From: Candidatus Omnitrophota bacterium
Lineage (GTDB): Bacteria; Omnitrophota; Omnitrophia; Omnitrophales; Aquincolibacteriaceae
NCBI GenBank assembly: GCA_030698625.1
Contig: JAUYMS010000046.1
Coordinates: forward strand, 56,348-120,347
DNA: 64,000 nucleotides
Direction of reading: 5' to 3'
The notes beneath the pieces are model-generated. The model was not told the DNA's origin and did not search any database. It saw nothing but the letters and a program-made list of their open reading frames with translations. Positions 41,659-52,397 of this stretch are shown here, piece by piece (position 1 is the first letter of the stretch; the number at the start of each line of letters is the position of its first letter). Both the position numbers and the translations under genes were made by a program.

Positions 41659-42689
41659 CACAGTTACCGGGACAATACCCTGAGTACCGTCCGCGGCGCA
41701 TGCGGCAAAATGAGGCCTTTCGGCGTCTCATTCGAGAGACCCGTCTGTCGGCCGAACAACTCATCATGCCGTACTTTGTGGTGGAAGGCCGCGGCGTTAA
41801 AGAGGCGATCGAGGCGATGCCGGGCCAGTACCGCTATTCTCCCGACACGCTGCTGGCGGAACTAGAGACGCTGGTTGCGCTGGATGTTCGCACCGTGCTC
41901 CTCTTCGGTGTGCCGGATGAAAACGAAAAAGACGAACAAGCCTCCGCGGCCTCGTCGGCGGAGGGGATTCTTCAAAAAACGGTACGCGAGATCAAGAGCC
42001 GATTCAAAGATCTCTTGGTCATTACAGATGTGTGTTTGTGTGCTTATACGAGCCACGGCCACTGCGGCATGCTTTCACCGGAAGGTCAGATCGATAATGA
42101 TGCCTCGCTGGATCGCCTGGCCGAGACCGCACTTTCGCATGCGCAGGCGGGCGCCGATATTGTGGCGCCGAGCGATATGATGGACGGACGCATTCGGGCC
42201 ATCAGGACTAGACTCGACGCCGCCGGTTTTAAGAACACGGCCATTTTGAGTTATGCGGCGAAGTATGCTTCAGCTTTCTACGGGCCTTTTCGCGAGGCGG
42301 CCCATTCGGCGCCGGCCGCCGGCGACAGGTGCAGTTATCAGATGGATCCGGCCAACCGGGAAGAGGCCCTGCGTGAGATTGCCATGGATATCCAGGAGGG
42401 GGCGGATATGGTCATGGTGAAACCTGCGCTAGCCTATCTGGACGTGTTGCGAGAAGCCCGGGAGCGCTTTCAATTCCCCCTGGCGGCTTATGCTGTAAGC
42501 GGTGAGTATTCCATGCTCAAAGCCGCCTCTGAGCGCGGTTGGGTGGATGAAAAAAAGATTGTCCTGGAAATGGCAGTAAGTTTATTGCGTTCAGGAGCAA
42601 ATACTATCGTTACTTACCATGCGAAGGACATTGCCTTTTGGTTAAAAAACTCACAAGTCAATCATTTTAAAGAGGTTAAAACTTTTTAG
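41655..42689 (+). CDS. hemB: Porphobilinogen synthase
   Basis: RPRRMR, DVCLCAYTSHGHCG, SDMMDGR, MVKPA, SGEY. Confidence 0.97.
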   Translation: MTQLPGQYPEYRPRRMRQNEAFRRLIRETRLSAEQLIMPYFVVEGRGVKEAIEAMPGQYRYSPDTLLAELETLVALDVRTVLLFGVPDENEKDEQASAASSAEGILQKTVREIKSRFKDLLVITDVCLCAYTSHGHCGMLSPEGQIDNDASLDRLAETALSHAQAGADIVAPSDMMDGRIRAIRTRLDAAGFKNTAILSYAAKYASAFYGPFREAAHSAPAAGDRCSYQMDPANREEALREIAMDIQEGADMVMVKPALAYLDVLREARERFQFPLAAYAVSGEYSMLKAASERGWVDEKKIVLEMAVSLLRSGANTIVTYHAKDIAFWLKNSQVNHFKEVKTF

Positions 42690-42802
42690 TAACTTGTTTG
42701 TAAACAGTCAGATAGAGGGATATACTTTACTTATAGATCTAAGAAGTTGATCCTATTTGTTGGCGCATCACAGGCTGCGCTGTGATGCGAAGGGAGAACA
42801 AG

Positions 42803-44542
42803 ATGGGGCAGAAAAATGGTCCTGGTTTCTCCGTCCTCGTTGTTGAGGAAGATAATGAGTTCCTATCTTTACTCAAACGAAGCCTCGAAGACAATCCGCG
42901 CTTTCCCTACCGGGTCGATCAAGCCCGCAATATTAGCGAAGCCGTCGATAAAATAGGCCGCAACTCTTATAACCTACTCCTAGTAGAATCTACGCTGCAA
43001 GACCACAACGGTTTGGAACTACTCGACCAACTTAATCGCTCTCATATCAATCTACCGTTTGTTCTTATGACCGATGTCCGCGACGACCGCTTGGCTCGCG
43101 AAGCCCTCAAGCTCGGAGTGGCCGACACGATCATCAAAAGTGAGAGCCAGTTTCATGAGTTGGCGGAGTTGCTTGCAAAATCTTATCAGAAATACTGCGA
43201 TCGTCATCCCGAAGGCAATCTCCCGCAAATGCGTCCGGCGGGGCGCCGCAGCGGCGACCGGGATGCCTTCGAGTTTATCGTGCCCGAAGCGGCGGAACGG
43301 AAAATTGCAGAACCCTCGCACCGTGATGAACTTACCGGCTTATACAGCCACTCGTTTTTGCAGGAGCGCATCGTTCAGCAGTTCTCTTCGGCGGCGCGCT
43401 ACAACTATCCGATGTCATGCATTGTGCTGAATATCGATCACTTCAAGGCGATCAATGAGGGGAAGGGGTATTTGGTCGGCGACAAACTTCTCAAGGAGTG
43501 TGCCGAACTGCTTTTCGACAAGTGCCGCATGTGCGATGTCATTGCCCGCTACGGCGGGGAAGAGTTTGCGGTGATGATGCCTCATGTGAGCTATGCCGGG
43601 GCTATGGAGCTCGCCAAACGCCTCAGGACCGCGTTTTCCGAGCATATCTTTATGCAGGATTCCGAACAGATCAACCTGACGGTAAGTGTGGGCGTGTCGT
43701 CCTATCCCGAAGACAGCATGAGCCGGCGGTGTGAATTGATGAGTTTTTCCAACCAGGCGCTTTTCCGCTCCAAGGTGGCGGGGCGCAATACGGTAACGGC
43801 CTATAAAGATATCCTGCCGGTTTTCGGTTCCGGTCTGCCGAATCTTCACATAAGCGAAGACAAGGTTGCTGAGTTTCAGCGGAGGTTGACGGAAATCTCG
43901 CATACGGCACGCCGTGCCTATATCGACGCCTCGAAGGCGCTGATTATCGCGCTTGAGTCCAAGGACCGTTTTACGGCAGGGCACGCGGCCAGCTCAGCCA
44001 AGTACGCCATTCAGGTTGCCGAAGCCCTGGGAATGTCGATCGACGAAGCCGAGGTGGTTGAACACGCGGCACTTCTGCACGACATCGGAAAGATCTGTAT
44101 TCCTGACAACATTCTGCTGAAACCGGGCAAGCTCACTTTCAGCGAGTACGAGGCGATGAAGCAGCACCCCTATATGGGGTATAAAATTCTGAAGCCGATC
44201 AAATTTTTACAAGAGGAGTCCATTCTGGTGCTTCACCATCACGAATGGTTTAATGGCGAGGGATATCCGTGCCGCCTCAAGGGCAATGAGATTCCTCTGG
44301 GTGCCCGTGTCATTTCGGTCATCGACGCCTATGACACGATGCGTATCGCCGGGGGGCGTTATCGTGCCACCGCTACTGTCGAAGTCGCTGTCAATGACTT
44401 GATTGCTTGCTCAGGCACCCAGTTTGACCCTGTCGTCGTGAAGGCCTTCATCGAGGTCGTCAAGATGCGCCGGGAACTGACCACCGAAGACTACAACAAA
44501 GACGCTCTCGAAGAAGCCATCCGCAATTGCCTGGGGCAGTAG
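42803..44542 (+). CDS. REC-GGDEF-HD-GYP c-di-GMP turnover protein
   Basis: DELTGLY, RYGGEEF, HDIGK, HHEWFNGEGYP. Confidence 0.9.
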   Translation: MGQKNGPGFSVLVVEEDNEFLSLLKRSLEDNPRFPYRVDQARNISEAVDKIGRNSYNLLLVESTLQDHNGLELLDQLNRSHINLPFVLMTDVRDDRLAREALKLGVADTIIKSESQFHELAELLAKSYQKYCDRHPEGNLPQMRPAGRRSGDRDAFEFIVPEAAERKIAEPSHRDELTGLYSHSFLQERIVQQFSSAARYNYPMSCIVLNIDHFKAINEGKGYLVGDKLLKECAELLFDKCRMCDVIARYGGEEFAVMMPHVSYAGAMELAKRLRTAFSEHIFMQDSEQINLTVSVGVSSYPEDSMSRRCELMSFSNQALFRSKVAGRNTVTAYKDILPVFGSGLPNLHISEDKVAEFQRRLTEISHTARRAYIDASKALIIALESKDRFTAGHAASSAKYAIQVAEALGMSIDEAEVVEHAALLHDIGKICIPDNILLKPGKLTFSEYEAMKQHPYMGYKILKPIKFLQEESILVLHHHEWFNGEGYPCRLKGNEIPLGARVISVIDAYDTMRIAGGRYRATATVEVAVNDLIACSGTQFDPVVVKAFIEVVKMRRELTTEDYNKDALEEAIRNCLGQ

Positions 44543-44661
44543 GCCCGGCTGCAGGCCCGATTTGCCATAATATCCCTTGAGATTGCTGCCCTCTCCGTAG
44601 ATAATAGTCAGCCTCAACTGAATCTTAATTAACCTCTAGCGCTCGCAAGTGATTCCATATC

Positions 44662-44997
44662 ATGGGTATAGAAACCTTTCCGGAGATCGAGAATTTTCAG
44701 AAGCTGCCCCACCAAGTCATCGTCAAGGGCGGTGAGCTTAGCTACCAGGTCTCCAAGGGCGCGGACCTGACGGGCATCGTGATCAATAACTCCGGTAACG
44801 ATATCCGCGACATTCGCGTGCACGCCGTTTTATTTGATGAAGATAAGATCCCCATCCTAAGTCAGTCGATCCAAGCCTTGCCCGAAAAGCTCGCCCAAGG
44901 GGGCATCGGTTCATTCACCTTCCAGTTCGAGCATGGTGAAAGAAAAATAGCCGATTACTACCTCTATACGAACTGGAAGTTCGACGAGGGCGATTAA
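44662..44997 (+). CDS. FxLYD-like small beta-sandwich protein
   Basis: GIVINNSG...VHAVLFDED...L.PGG.GSF-like pattern. Confidence 0.55.
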   Translation: MGIETFPEIENFQKLPHQVIVKGGELSYQVSKGADLTGIVINNSGNDIRDIRVHAVLFDEDKIPILSQSIQALPEKLAQGGIGSFTFQFEHGERKIADYYLYTNWKFDEGD

Positions 44998-44999
44998 CG

Positions 45000-46994
45000 G
45001 TGGGCAAGACAGCCGAACCCCAAAATATCTCCGTTCTGCTTGACGAGAAGAGGCGATTTCCGCCCCCCAAAGGTTTTCAGAAATCCGCCTGGGCCAATGA
45101 TCAATCGGTGTATGCCGAAGCGGCCAAAGACCCCGAAGCTTATTGGGCCCGGTGGGCATCGGAGCTGACCTGGACCAAGCCCTGGAAGAAGGTCCTCGAG
45201 TGGAAACCGCCTTTTGCTAAGTGGTTCGTCGGCGGAAAACTTAATGCCAGCGTGAACTGTCTCGACCGCCACGTCTATGCCTCGGAGAGCGATTATTCCC
45301 GTCGCAATAAAGCCGCGATCATCTGGGAAGGCGAGCCCGGAGATACGCGCGTGATGACTTACTGGGATCTCTATCGCGGGGTCAATAAATTCGCCAATGT
45401 CTTAAGAAAACTCAAAATCAAAAAGGGCGACCGGGTTGCGATTTACATGCCGATGGTTCCCGAAGCAGCGATTGCTTGTCTTGCCTCGGCCCGGATCGGC
45501 GCGGTGCACAACGTGGTGTTCGGTGGGTTCAGTGCCGAGTCCCTCAGTGACCGCATCAATGACTCCAAGGTCAAACTCGTGATCACCGCCGACTTCGGTT
45601 GGCGGCGCGGCAAGCCCATTGCTTTAAAGCAGGCCGTTGACGATGCGTTGAAGAGCACCGACTGTGTCGAAAATGTCGTAGTCGTTGAGCGTAATCACGG
45701 GCGCGGGGAGTCGCCGATTCAGTGTCATATTGAAGAGGGCCGTGACCATTGGTGGCATCGCCTGATGGACGATGCCGAGGCCTATGCCGAACCCGAAGAA
45801 ATGGATGCCGAGGATATGCTTTTTATCCTCTACACCTCCGGCACTACCGGCAAGCCCAAGGGAATCGTGCATACGACCGGCGGTTACATGACCGGCGTCT
45901 ATGCGACAACGAAGTGGGTCTTCGATATGAAGGAGGATGACGTTTTCTGGTGTACGGCCGATATCGGTTGGGTGACCGGCCACAGTTATGTGATCTATGG
46001 GCCGCTTGCCAACGGCTCGACGGTCTTCATGTATGAAGGTGCTCCCGATTGGCCCGAAAAAAACCGCTTCTGGAAGCTCATCGAGAAATACGGAATCACC
46101 ATTTTCTATACCGCACCCACCGCCATTCGCGCTTTCATGAAATGGGGCACAGAGTGGGTCGACAAGGCCGATCTGTCATCGCTCAGGCTTCTCGGCAGCG
46201 TTGGAGAGCCGATCAATTCCGAGGCTTGGATGTGGTATCACAACCATATCGGTAAGGGAAAGTGTCCGATCGTAGACACGTGGTGGCAGACTGAGACCGG
46301 CGCCATTATGGTGACGCCGCTCGCCGGTATTACCACAACCAAACCCGGTTCGGCTACGCGGGCCTTTCCCGGCATTTCTGCGGAAGTCCTGAATGAAAAG
46401 GGAGAAGTGGTCAAAGAAGGCGGCGGCTATATCGCGATCACGAAACCGTGGCCTTCCATGCTGCGCACCATCTACGGCGACGAACAGCGGTATATCGATA
46501 CTTATTGGTCTAAGTGGGGGAAGGGAACTTACTTTCCCGGCGACGGGGTGCGTCGCGATAAGGACGGCTACTTCTGGTTTATGGGGCGGGTCGACGACGT
46601 CATGAATGTGGCGGGTCACCGCATCGGGACCATGGAAGTCGAGAGTGCGCTTGTCGACCACAAGTCGGTCGCCGAAGCGGCGGTCGTGGCCAAAACTCAC
46701 GAGATCAAGGGACAGGCTATTTATGCCTTCGTCACGCTGAAGCACGGAATTGAAGGTACCGCGAGTCTTATCGACGAATTGAAAAAGCACGTGGCCACAA
46801 AAATCGGTGCGATCGCCAGACCCGAAGATATTGTCTTTTCAGCCGATCTTCCGAAGACGCGTTCGGGCAAGATCATGCGGCGTCTCCTGCGCGACATTGC
46901 CGAGGGAAAGGCTTTGGGCGATACCACGACCCTGGCCGATCCGGCCGTGGTCGAGAATCTCAGAAAGCAATATGAAAGCCTCGAAGGCAGTTGA
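45000..46994 (+). CDS. acs: Acetyl-CoA synthetase (AMP-forming)
   Basis: [31 protein letters not shown]. Confidence 0.97.
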   Translation: MGKTAEPQNISVLLDEKRRFPPPKGFQKSAWANDQSVYAEAAKDPEAYWARWASELTWTKPWKKVLEWKPPFAKWFVGGKLNASVNCLDRHVYASESDYSRRNKAAIIWEGEPGDTRVMTYWDLYRGVNKFANVLRKLKIKKGDRVAIYMPMVPEAAIACLASARIGAVHNVVFGGFSAESLSDRINDSKVKLVITADFGWRRGKPIALKQAVDDALKSTDCVENVVVVERNHGRGESPIQCHIEEGRDHWWHRLMDDAEAYAEPEEMDAEDMLFILYTSGTTGKPKGIVHTTGGYMTGVYATTKWVFDMKEDDVFWCTADIGWVTGHSYVIYGPLANGSTVFMYEGAPDWPEKNRFWKLIEKYGITIFYTAPTAIRAFMKWGTEWVDKADLSSLRLLGSVGEPINSEAWMWYHNHIGKGKCPIVDTWWQTETGAIMVTPLAGITTTKPGSATRAFPGISAEVLNEKGEVVKEGGGYIAITKPWPSMLRTIYGDEQRYIDTYWSKWGKGTYFPGDGVRRDKDGYFWFMGRVDDVMNVAGHRIGTMEVESALVDHKSVAEAAVVAKTHEIKGQAIYAFVTLKHGIEGTASLIDELKKHVATKIGAIARPEDIVFSADLPKTRSGKIMRRLLRDIAEGKALGDTTTLADPAVVENLRKQYESLEGS

Positions 46995-48280
46995 TGGTAT
47001 CGGGCGCTAAGCAGACGAGACTCTATAATAAGGCCAAGAAGTTTATCCCCTCCGGAGTCAATTCTCCCGTGCGTGCGTTTAAGGCCGTCGGAGGAACCCC
47101 GGTCTTTGTGATGCGCGGCAAGGGCCCGTTTATCTGGGACGAGGACAAGAAACGGTATCTGGATTTCTGTTGTTCCTGGGGCCCGCTGCTCTTTGGGCAT
47201 GCTCCTGATGCGTTGCTCAAACGCCTGCGTTCAGAAATTTCCAAGGGTACGAGCTTCGGCGTTACGACCCGGAAAGAAGTCGATCTCGCAGAGCGCATCT
47301 GCTCTTTTTTTCCTTCTGTCGAAAAAGTCCGCCTCGTCTCTTCCGGCACCGAAGCTGTGATGAGCGCCGTGCGTCTCGCGCGCGGATTTACGGGCCGGCA
47401 GAAGATCCTAAAGATTGACGGCGGTTATCACGGGCATGTCGATAGTTTGCTCGTGAAGGCGGGTTCGGGGCTGACGACATTCGGCATCGCTGACTCCGCA
47501 GGTGTTCCGCCGGGCCTCGCCAAGCAGACGATCTCCGTTCCTTTTAATGACGAAGCCGCACTCGAAAGGGTCTTTAAGAGGGAAGGCAGGAATATCGCCG
47601 CCATGATCCTTGAGCCGGTGCCGGCCAATATGGGGGTGGTACTTCCTGCCGACGGTTACCTGAAGCATGCGCGCCTCATCACGAAAAAGTACGGGGCTGT
47701 TCTTATTTTCGATGAAGTCATCACGGGCTTTCGCGTTGCAAAAGGCGGAGCCCAGGACTATTTTGGTGTCCGTCCCGACTTGACCTGTCTCGGTAAGGTG
47801 CTGGGCGGCGGTTTTCCTTTGGCGGCCTTCGGCGGCAAGCGTCAGATCATGAATTACCTGGCGCCTTCAGGCCCGGTCTACCAGGCAGGCACCTTGTCGG
47901 GTAATCCCGTCGCCGTAAGCGCGGCGCTCTGGATGCTGACGGAGCTCGACAAACGCGATCCCTGGGAGCGGTTGAATCACCGCGCCGAGAATTTTATCAA
48001 AAGGCTGCGTGCCGTCATTTCGGTCGAGGGCTACCCCTATCAATTGAATTCTATTCGTTCCATGTTTACGCTTTTCTTTTGCCCCGTTCCGGTAACGGAC
48101 TTTGCTTCCGCGAAAAAGTCCGACACCCGCCGCTTCAGCCGGTTTTTCCACCTGGTCCGCAAAGAGGGAGTCTATTTGGCGCCGTCGCAGTTCGAGGCGA
48201 ATTTTATCTCTACGGCGCACAGTGAACGGCATCTCGAGACCGCGCTGAAAGTTTTCCGCAAGGCCCTCAAAAAAGCTTAG
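46991..48280 (+). CDS. hemL: Glutamate-1-semialdehyde 2,1-aminomutase
   Basis: [41 protein letters not shown]. Confidence 0.97.
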   Translation: MMVSGAKQTRLYNKAKKFIPSGVNSPVRAFKAVGGTPVFVMRGKGPFIWDEDKKRYLDFCCSWGPLLFGHAPDALLKRLRSEISKGTSFGVTTRKEVDLAERICSFFPSVEKVRLVSSGTEAVMSAVRLARGFTGRQKILKIDGGYHGHVDSLLVKAGSGLTTFGIADSAGVPPGLAKQTISVPFNDEAALERVFKREGRNIAAMILEPVPANMGVVLPADGYLKHARLITKKYGAVLIFDEVITGFRVAKGGAQDYFGVRPDLTCLGKVLGGGFPLAAFGGKRQIMNYLAPSGPVYQAGTLSGNPVAVSAALWMLTELDKRDPWERLNHRAENFIKRLRAVISVEGYPYQLNSIRSMFTLFFCPVPVTDFASAKKSDTRRFSRFFHLVRKEGVYLAPSQFEANFISTAHSERHLETALKVFRKALKKA

Positions 48281-48282
48281 GG

Positions 48283-49158
48283 ATGCGGAAACGCTTACCG
48301 GCTTATTCCTATATTGAAATCGCACTAACAGGAAGGACGAGTGAGCGCGCGGCCTACACCGAAGCCCTCCGTTTTTTCGCCGACCGCGGCTTCGACGGAT
48401 CCCATCCCGCCACGTTTCACTTCAAAGGACGGTTCAAGGTTGCCGTATACACGCGTTCTCCGGCGAAAGTCAGCAGTCTGCGGCGTGACTTCCGCTGCCT
48501 GCGGGGAAGCGGACTTCGCTGTAAGACCAAAGTGCTTCATCGCGAGGACTGGTTCGATAAATGGCAAAAGGGATACCGGCCGACACCTTTAGGCCGACGT
48601 TTCATTGCCGTGCCGGTGCCGGCGAAGCGGAAAAAAATCGATAAGCGAATACCCATTTATCTCGACCCAAAAGGGGCCTTCGGATCCGGCATGCATGAAA
48701 CCACTCAGCTTATGGTGCGTGTCATGGAGCAGCTCGGCGGAAAGTTCGAGAGCTTTCTTGATGTGGGGATCGGCACGGGAGTTCTCTCGGTCGTGGCGGT
48801 TCGGCTCGGCGCGACGCGCGTTGCGGGCCTGGATCATGATGCCGCCTCGGTCACGTCGGCGCGTTACAATCTGAAACTGAATGCCTGCAAGCCTGCCTTC
48901 ATTCGGCGTTTGGATATCGGGGCGCTCAAAGCCGTACCGCGCTTTGATCTGGTGGGAGCCAATCTCTTATCGAGCACGTTGACGGCTGCCAGGCGAAAGC
49001 TCGAACGCTTGATCGGGAAGGGTAAGTATCTGGCGGTCTCAGGTATTTTACTCCGTAATCTCAAGGGTTTTCGGCGGGATTTCGCGAGCCCGTCGCTCCG
49101 CTGTTTAAAGACTTTCCGGGGCAGGCAGTGGTGTGCGATACTTTACAGAAGAAAATGA
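48283..49158 (+). CDS. prmA: Ribosomal protein L11 methyltransferase-like
   Basis: LDPKGAFGSGMHETT, LDVGIGTGVL, SGIL. Confidence 0.85.
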   Translation: MRKRLPAYSYIEIALTGRTSERAAYTEALRFFADRGFDGSHPATFHFKGRFKVAVYTRSPAKVSSLRRDFRCLRGSGLRCKTKVLHREDWFDKWQKGYRPTPLGRRFIAVPVPAKRKKIDKRIPIYLDPKGAFGSGMHETTQLMVRVMEQLGGKFESFLDVGIGTGVLSVVAVRLGATRVAGLDHDAASVTSARYNLKLNACKPAFIRRLDIGALKAVPRFDLVGANLLSSTLTAARRKLERLIGKGKYLAVSGILLRNLKGFRRDFASPSLRCLKTFRGRQWCAILYRRK

Positions 49159-49177
49159 GGAAAGGCGGTAGCCGGCG

Positions 49178-49690
49178 GTGAAAAAGCAGAAGGCATGCAT
49201 CATCTGCGGTAATCTATTCGACGCGGGACAAGAGTATATCTGTTCGCGCTGCAAGCAGAGTACGGCGTCCCCCGAACCGTCGACACCTAAAAAAAAGACG
49301 GAGCATAAGCGGCGCATCCTGGTCATTGACGATGAGCCCATGATCGTGAAGATGCTGCAGAGCCGCCTTGTTGCGAACGGTTACGAAGTCCTTACTGCCT
49401 ATGACGGGGAGCAGGGCTTTCAAATGATCAAAGCTGAAAAACCGGATCTCGTCATCTCGGATATCATCATGCCTAAGGTAAGCGGTTATAATCTGGTGGA
49501 GTTGATCGCGGCCGAGACCGACGGCACCGAAAAAACCCCGGTCATCATTATGACCGCACGCGGCAGCATGAAGGAGCTTTTCCATGTGTGGAATTACGCG
49601 CACTTTATAGAGAAACCCTTTGAGCCGGAAGATCTAATGACCAAAGTTCGCGAAGTCTTTAAACAGATGGAAGAAGACGGAGAAGGCTAA
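49178..49690 (+). CDS. Response regulator receiver with N-terminal CxxC-CxxC finger
   Basis: CIIC...CSRC; LVIDDE, DIIMP, KPF. Confidence 0.8.
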   Translation: MKKQKACIICGNLFDAGQEYICSRCKQSTASPEPSTPKKKTEHKRRILVIDDEPMIVKMLQSRLVANGYEVLTAYDGEQGFQMIKAEKPDLVISDIIMPKVSGYNLVELIAAETDGTEKTPVIIMTARGSMKELFHVWNYAHFIEKPFEPEDLMTKVREVFKQMEEDGEG

Positions 49691-49699
49691 GGCCCCGCC

Positions 49700-50116
49700 A
49701 TGTTTACAAAGCTGCTGGTAATTTTTATCGGAATTCCGCTTGTCGAGATCCTGATCCTAATCAAGCTCGGCGAACTCTTCGGTTTCTGGTCGACCTTTCT
49801 TCTGGTGATCGTCACCGGTTTCGCGGGAGCGGCCATGGCCCGCGTGCAGGGTTTTCGCGCTTGGCAGAATATTCAGAGTCAGCTGAGTCAAGGCGCGATG
49901 CCTGCCGAAGAGATGATCGACGCTCTCCTTATCTTTCTTGCCGGTGTGCTGCTGATCACACCGGGACTGCTCACGGATATGTCGGGTTTTGTGCTCCTGG
50001 TCCCGTGGAGCCGTTTTTATTTTAAGCGGTGGCTCCGGCGCAAGTTCGACGACATGATCCGCCGGTCGCGCGAAGGCGGCGGTCCGGGCGGCGACATCCG
50101 CTTCATCATCCGTTAA
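49700..50116 (+). CDS. fxsA: FxsA family membrane protein
   Basis: IPLVEI, QGF, AGVLLITPGLLTD. Confidence 0.9.
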   Translation: MFTKLLVIFIGIPLVEILILIKLGELFGFWSTFLLVIVTGFAGAAMARVQGFRAWQNIQSQLSQGAMPAEEMIDALLIFLAGVLLITPGLLTDMSGFVLLVPWSRFYFKRWLRRKFDDMIRRSREGGGPGGDIRFIIR

Positions 50117-50138
50117 TTGCGCAGAAAGCAAGTTTGCC

Positions 50139-50467
50139 GGCCAGGCAATGGAAGTGCCTGGCTTAACTCAGCCGTTGGCATAACACGGGCAGCCAGCAGC
50201 TTCGCCATCCGGCAACGGCGGTTCGGCCGCTCCGGCGGCGGCCGACCGCCTGCGGTCTCACCTCCTGGACTCGCCTGCGGCGAGACCAAGCTCCAGGAGG
50301 TTCCGACAGCTGCCTCCTGGCAAACCTGCTGGCTGCCCCTGTTACTTCGCCTATTGAGCGTTAGGCCAGGCATCCCCGCTGCTCGGAGGGACACGTGAGG
50401 CCGGATTTCCTATGGTAATGGGAAATTCGTGCCGAACGGTCCCGCAGGGCAGCGGGGATGCCTGGCC
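50139..50467. repeat. Cluster of nested GC-rich palindromes (attC/REP/MITE-like)
   Basis: Perfect 19-bp inverted repeat at 50364-50382/50449-50467; long IR at 50181-50199/50326-50344 enclosing two hairpins; short hairpin at 50139-50162. Confidence 0.75.
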
Positions 50468-50503
50468 CGCAAGTATGGGTCGCACGGTATTTAAGATCGG
50501 TAA

Positions 50504-51730
50504 ATGAATATGAAATTTTCGAAGAGGACGGATTGGGAGAGCGCACCGAATGCGCTGAGCGCTTGCTTGGCGCGGCTGAAGCAGGCGGGGGAGCCGGTCA
50601 TTGATCTCACCGAATCGAACCCGACGCGTTGCGGGTTTAAGTTCCTGAACGCCGCCTGGCTCAAACCGCTTAGTGACGAGGCCAACCTGCGCTATGAACC
50701 CCATCCGAAGGGCCTGCTTGAAGCGCGCGAGTCCGTTTGCGCGTATTACCGCGAATTGGGTTATGCGGTCAACCCGGAGCAGGTGTTTCTCACGGCGAGT
50801 ACGAGCGAGGCCTACAGCTATCTCTTCCGGCTCCTTACCGATCCCGGCGACAGGGTGATGGCCCCGCAGCCGAGTTATCCCTTATTTGATTACCTGGCAC
50901 AACTCGGGGATGTGCAGATGGAGCGCTACCGCCTGCGCTATGATGCCGCCTGGAAATTGGACAAAGCTTCGCTGACCGGGCAAACGGCGAAGGCCGTGCT
51001 TACCGTCAATCCCAATAATCCCACCGGTACCGTGATTGGGCCCGGAGAACGCACCGCGCTCAACAATTTCGCCGGAGAGGCGAATGCGGCAATCATTTCC
51101 GATGAAGTTTTTCTGGATTACGTGCGCGACGAAGACCTTCGCCGCAGCGCAAGTTTTGCCGCCAATGACACGGTGCTCACATTCACCCTGAGCGGTGTCT
51201 CCAAACTCATGGCACTGCCGCAGATGAAACTCTCCTGGATCGTCGTGAGCGGTCCGCCCGATGAGCGCGACGAGGCGGTGAGGCGATTGGAAATTATTGC
51301 CGATGCCTACCTTTCGGCGAATACGCCCTCGCAGCGGGCGCTGGCGACATGGATGCAGATGCGCCCTGAGGCGACGGCTGAGATTCGCGGGCGCTTGAAA
51401 GAAAATGGCGACTGTCTCGCGGCGTGGGTAAGGGAATCAGGAAGACTCGAACTCCTCTCATCTGACGGCGGGTGGTATGCGGTGCTTAAAGCAAAAACAG
51501 AAATTTCGGATGAGGATCTTGCCGTGAACCTGCTCGAAAGAAGACACGTGTATGTCTACCCGGGGTATCTGTTTGATTTTGAGGAGGGAACTTACCTGGT
51601 GATCAGTCTTCTGCCCGAAAGCGCAATTTTTCAGGAAGGGTTAGAGCGCTTAAAACGTGATAACTTCTTCTTTGGCGATCTCGAAAACACCGCCGAGTGC
51701 GGTGATCGTGGAAGTGGTCTCATCGGGTAA
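50504..51730 (+). CDS. Class I/II PLP-dependent aminotransferase
   Basis: LTESNPT, TASTSEAY, NPNNPTG, DEVF, SGVSK. Confidence 0.9.
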   Translation: MNMKFSKRTDWESAPNALSACLARLKQAGEPVIDLTESNPTRCGFKFLNAAWLKPLSDEANLRYEPHPKGLLEARESVCAYYRELGYAVNPEQVFLTASTSEAYSYLFRLLTDPGDRVMAPQPSYPLFDYLAQLGDVQMERYRLRYDAAWKLDKASLTGQTAKAVLTVNPNNPTGTVIGPGERTALNNFAGEANAAIISDEVFLDYVRDEDLRRSASFAANDTVLTFTLSGVSKLMALPQMKLSWIVVSGPPDERDEAVRRLEIIADAYLSANTPSQRALATWMQMRPEATAEIRGRLKENGDCLAAWVRESGRLELLSSDGGWYAVLKAKTEISDEDLAVNLLERRHVYVYPGYLFDFEEGTYLVISLLPESAIFQEGLERLKRDNFFFGDLENTAECGDRGSGLIG

Positions 51731-52270
51731 CGCGACTTCAACTTCGATGATTTCATCGCCGCGTAGCGACCTGTCTTTCAGCACCTCAACTTTCGCGACG
51801 TCTTTGGGTAAGATGTATTCATCTTCCGGATACAGACGCTGCTTCGAAGTCTTCCCGTTTTCTTTGGTGACCTGAATCGTGACGTAGATATTCCCGGTGT
51901 TCTTGACGGAACCCAGAATCATTTCCGCTGCCTCTGCTTCTTCGGTACCGTCTTGATTGAGCTTGTAGGTGCCGCCCAATGCCGTGATAGTGCCGACCGT
52001 ACCGTTGCTCTCCACAATGGTGAGCAGAATCGTTTCGTCGCCGTGCCCTTTAAACGAACCGCCGGGAATGTGCACTGCCGTGGCGTCGTCCGGCATGGAG
52101 ATGGTTTGACCGGGATAGATGTGGGACTTGCGAGAGGTGCCTTTGTTGCGTTTGATTTCGACCTGCACGGCATAATTGCCGTCATTGGTGATGCCCGCCT
52201 CGGCCGGCAATACGAGCACAACGACCGATAAACTGAGCAGCAGCATTATGACGAGACTCGTCTTCTTCAT
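51650..52270 (-). CDS. Secreted hypothetical protein with two tandem ~80-aa repeats
   Basis: Signal peptide; repeated N.GN..V.V.....G.TS...(I/L)YP.....P.D...V......GDE.I......TITALGG. Confidence 0.7.
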   Translation of the reverse strand: MKKTSLVIMLLLSLSVVVLVLPAEAGITNDGNYAVQVEIKRNKGTSRKSHIYPGQTISMPDDATAVHIPGGSFKGHGDETILLTIVESNGTVGTITALGGTYKLNQDGTEEAEAAEMILGSVKNTGNIYVTIQVTKENGKTSKQRLYPEDEYILPKDVAKVEVLKDRSLRGDEIIEVEVALPDETTSTITALGGVFEIAKEEVITF

Positions 52271-52397
52271 GTCTAGAGCGTATACGCCCCGTATAGCTGC
52301 TGTCAACTGAATCAACTAAATCAACTTAATATGCCCGCTACAAAGGGCTTTTTTTAGCTACCCGCCGGGGCCTATTTTGCTATAATGGCGTCCTCTT

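Noticed and set aside
50113-50704. Short ORFs, or RNase P/SRP/tmRNA/6S RNA, in the structured intergenic region
   Set aside because: The ORFs have no recognisable motifs; no RNase P (GAGGAAAGUCC), SRP or tmRNA signature found on either strand; the multibranch fold does not fit 6S well
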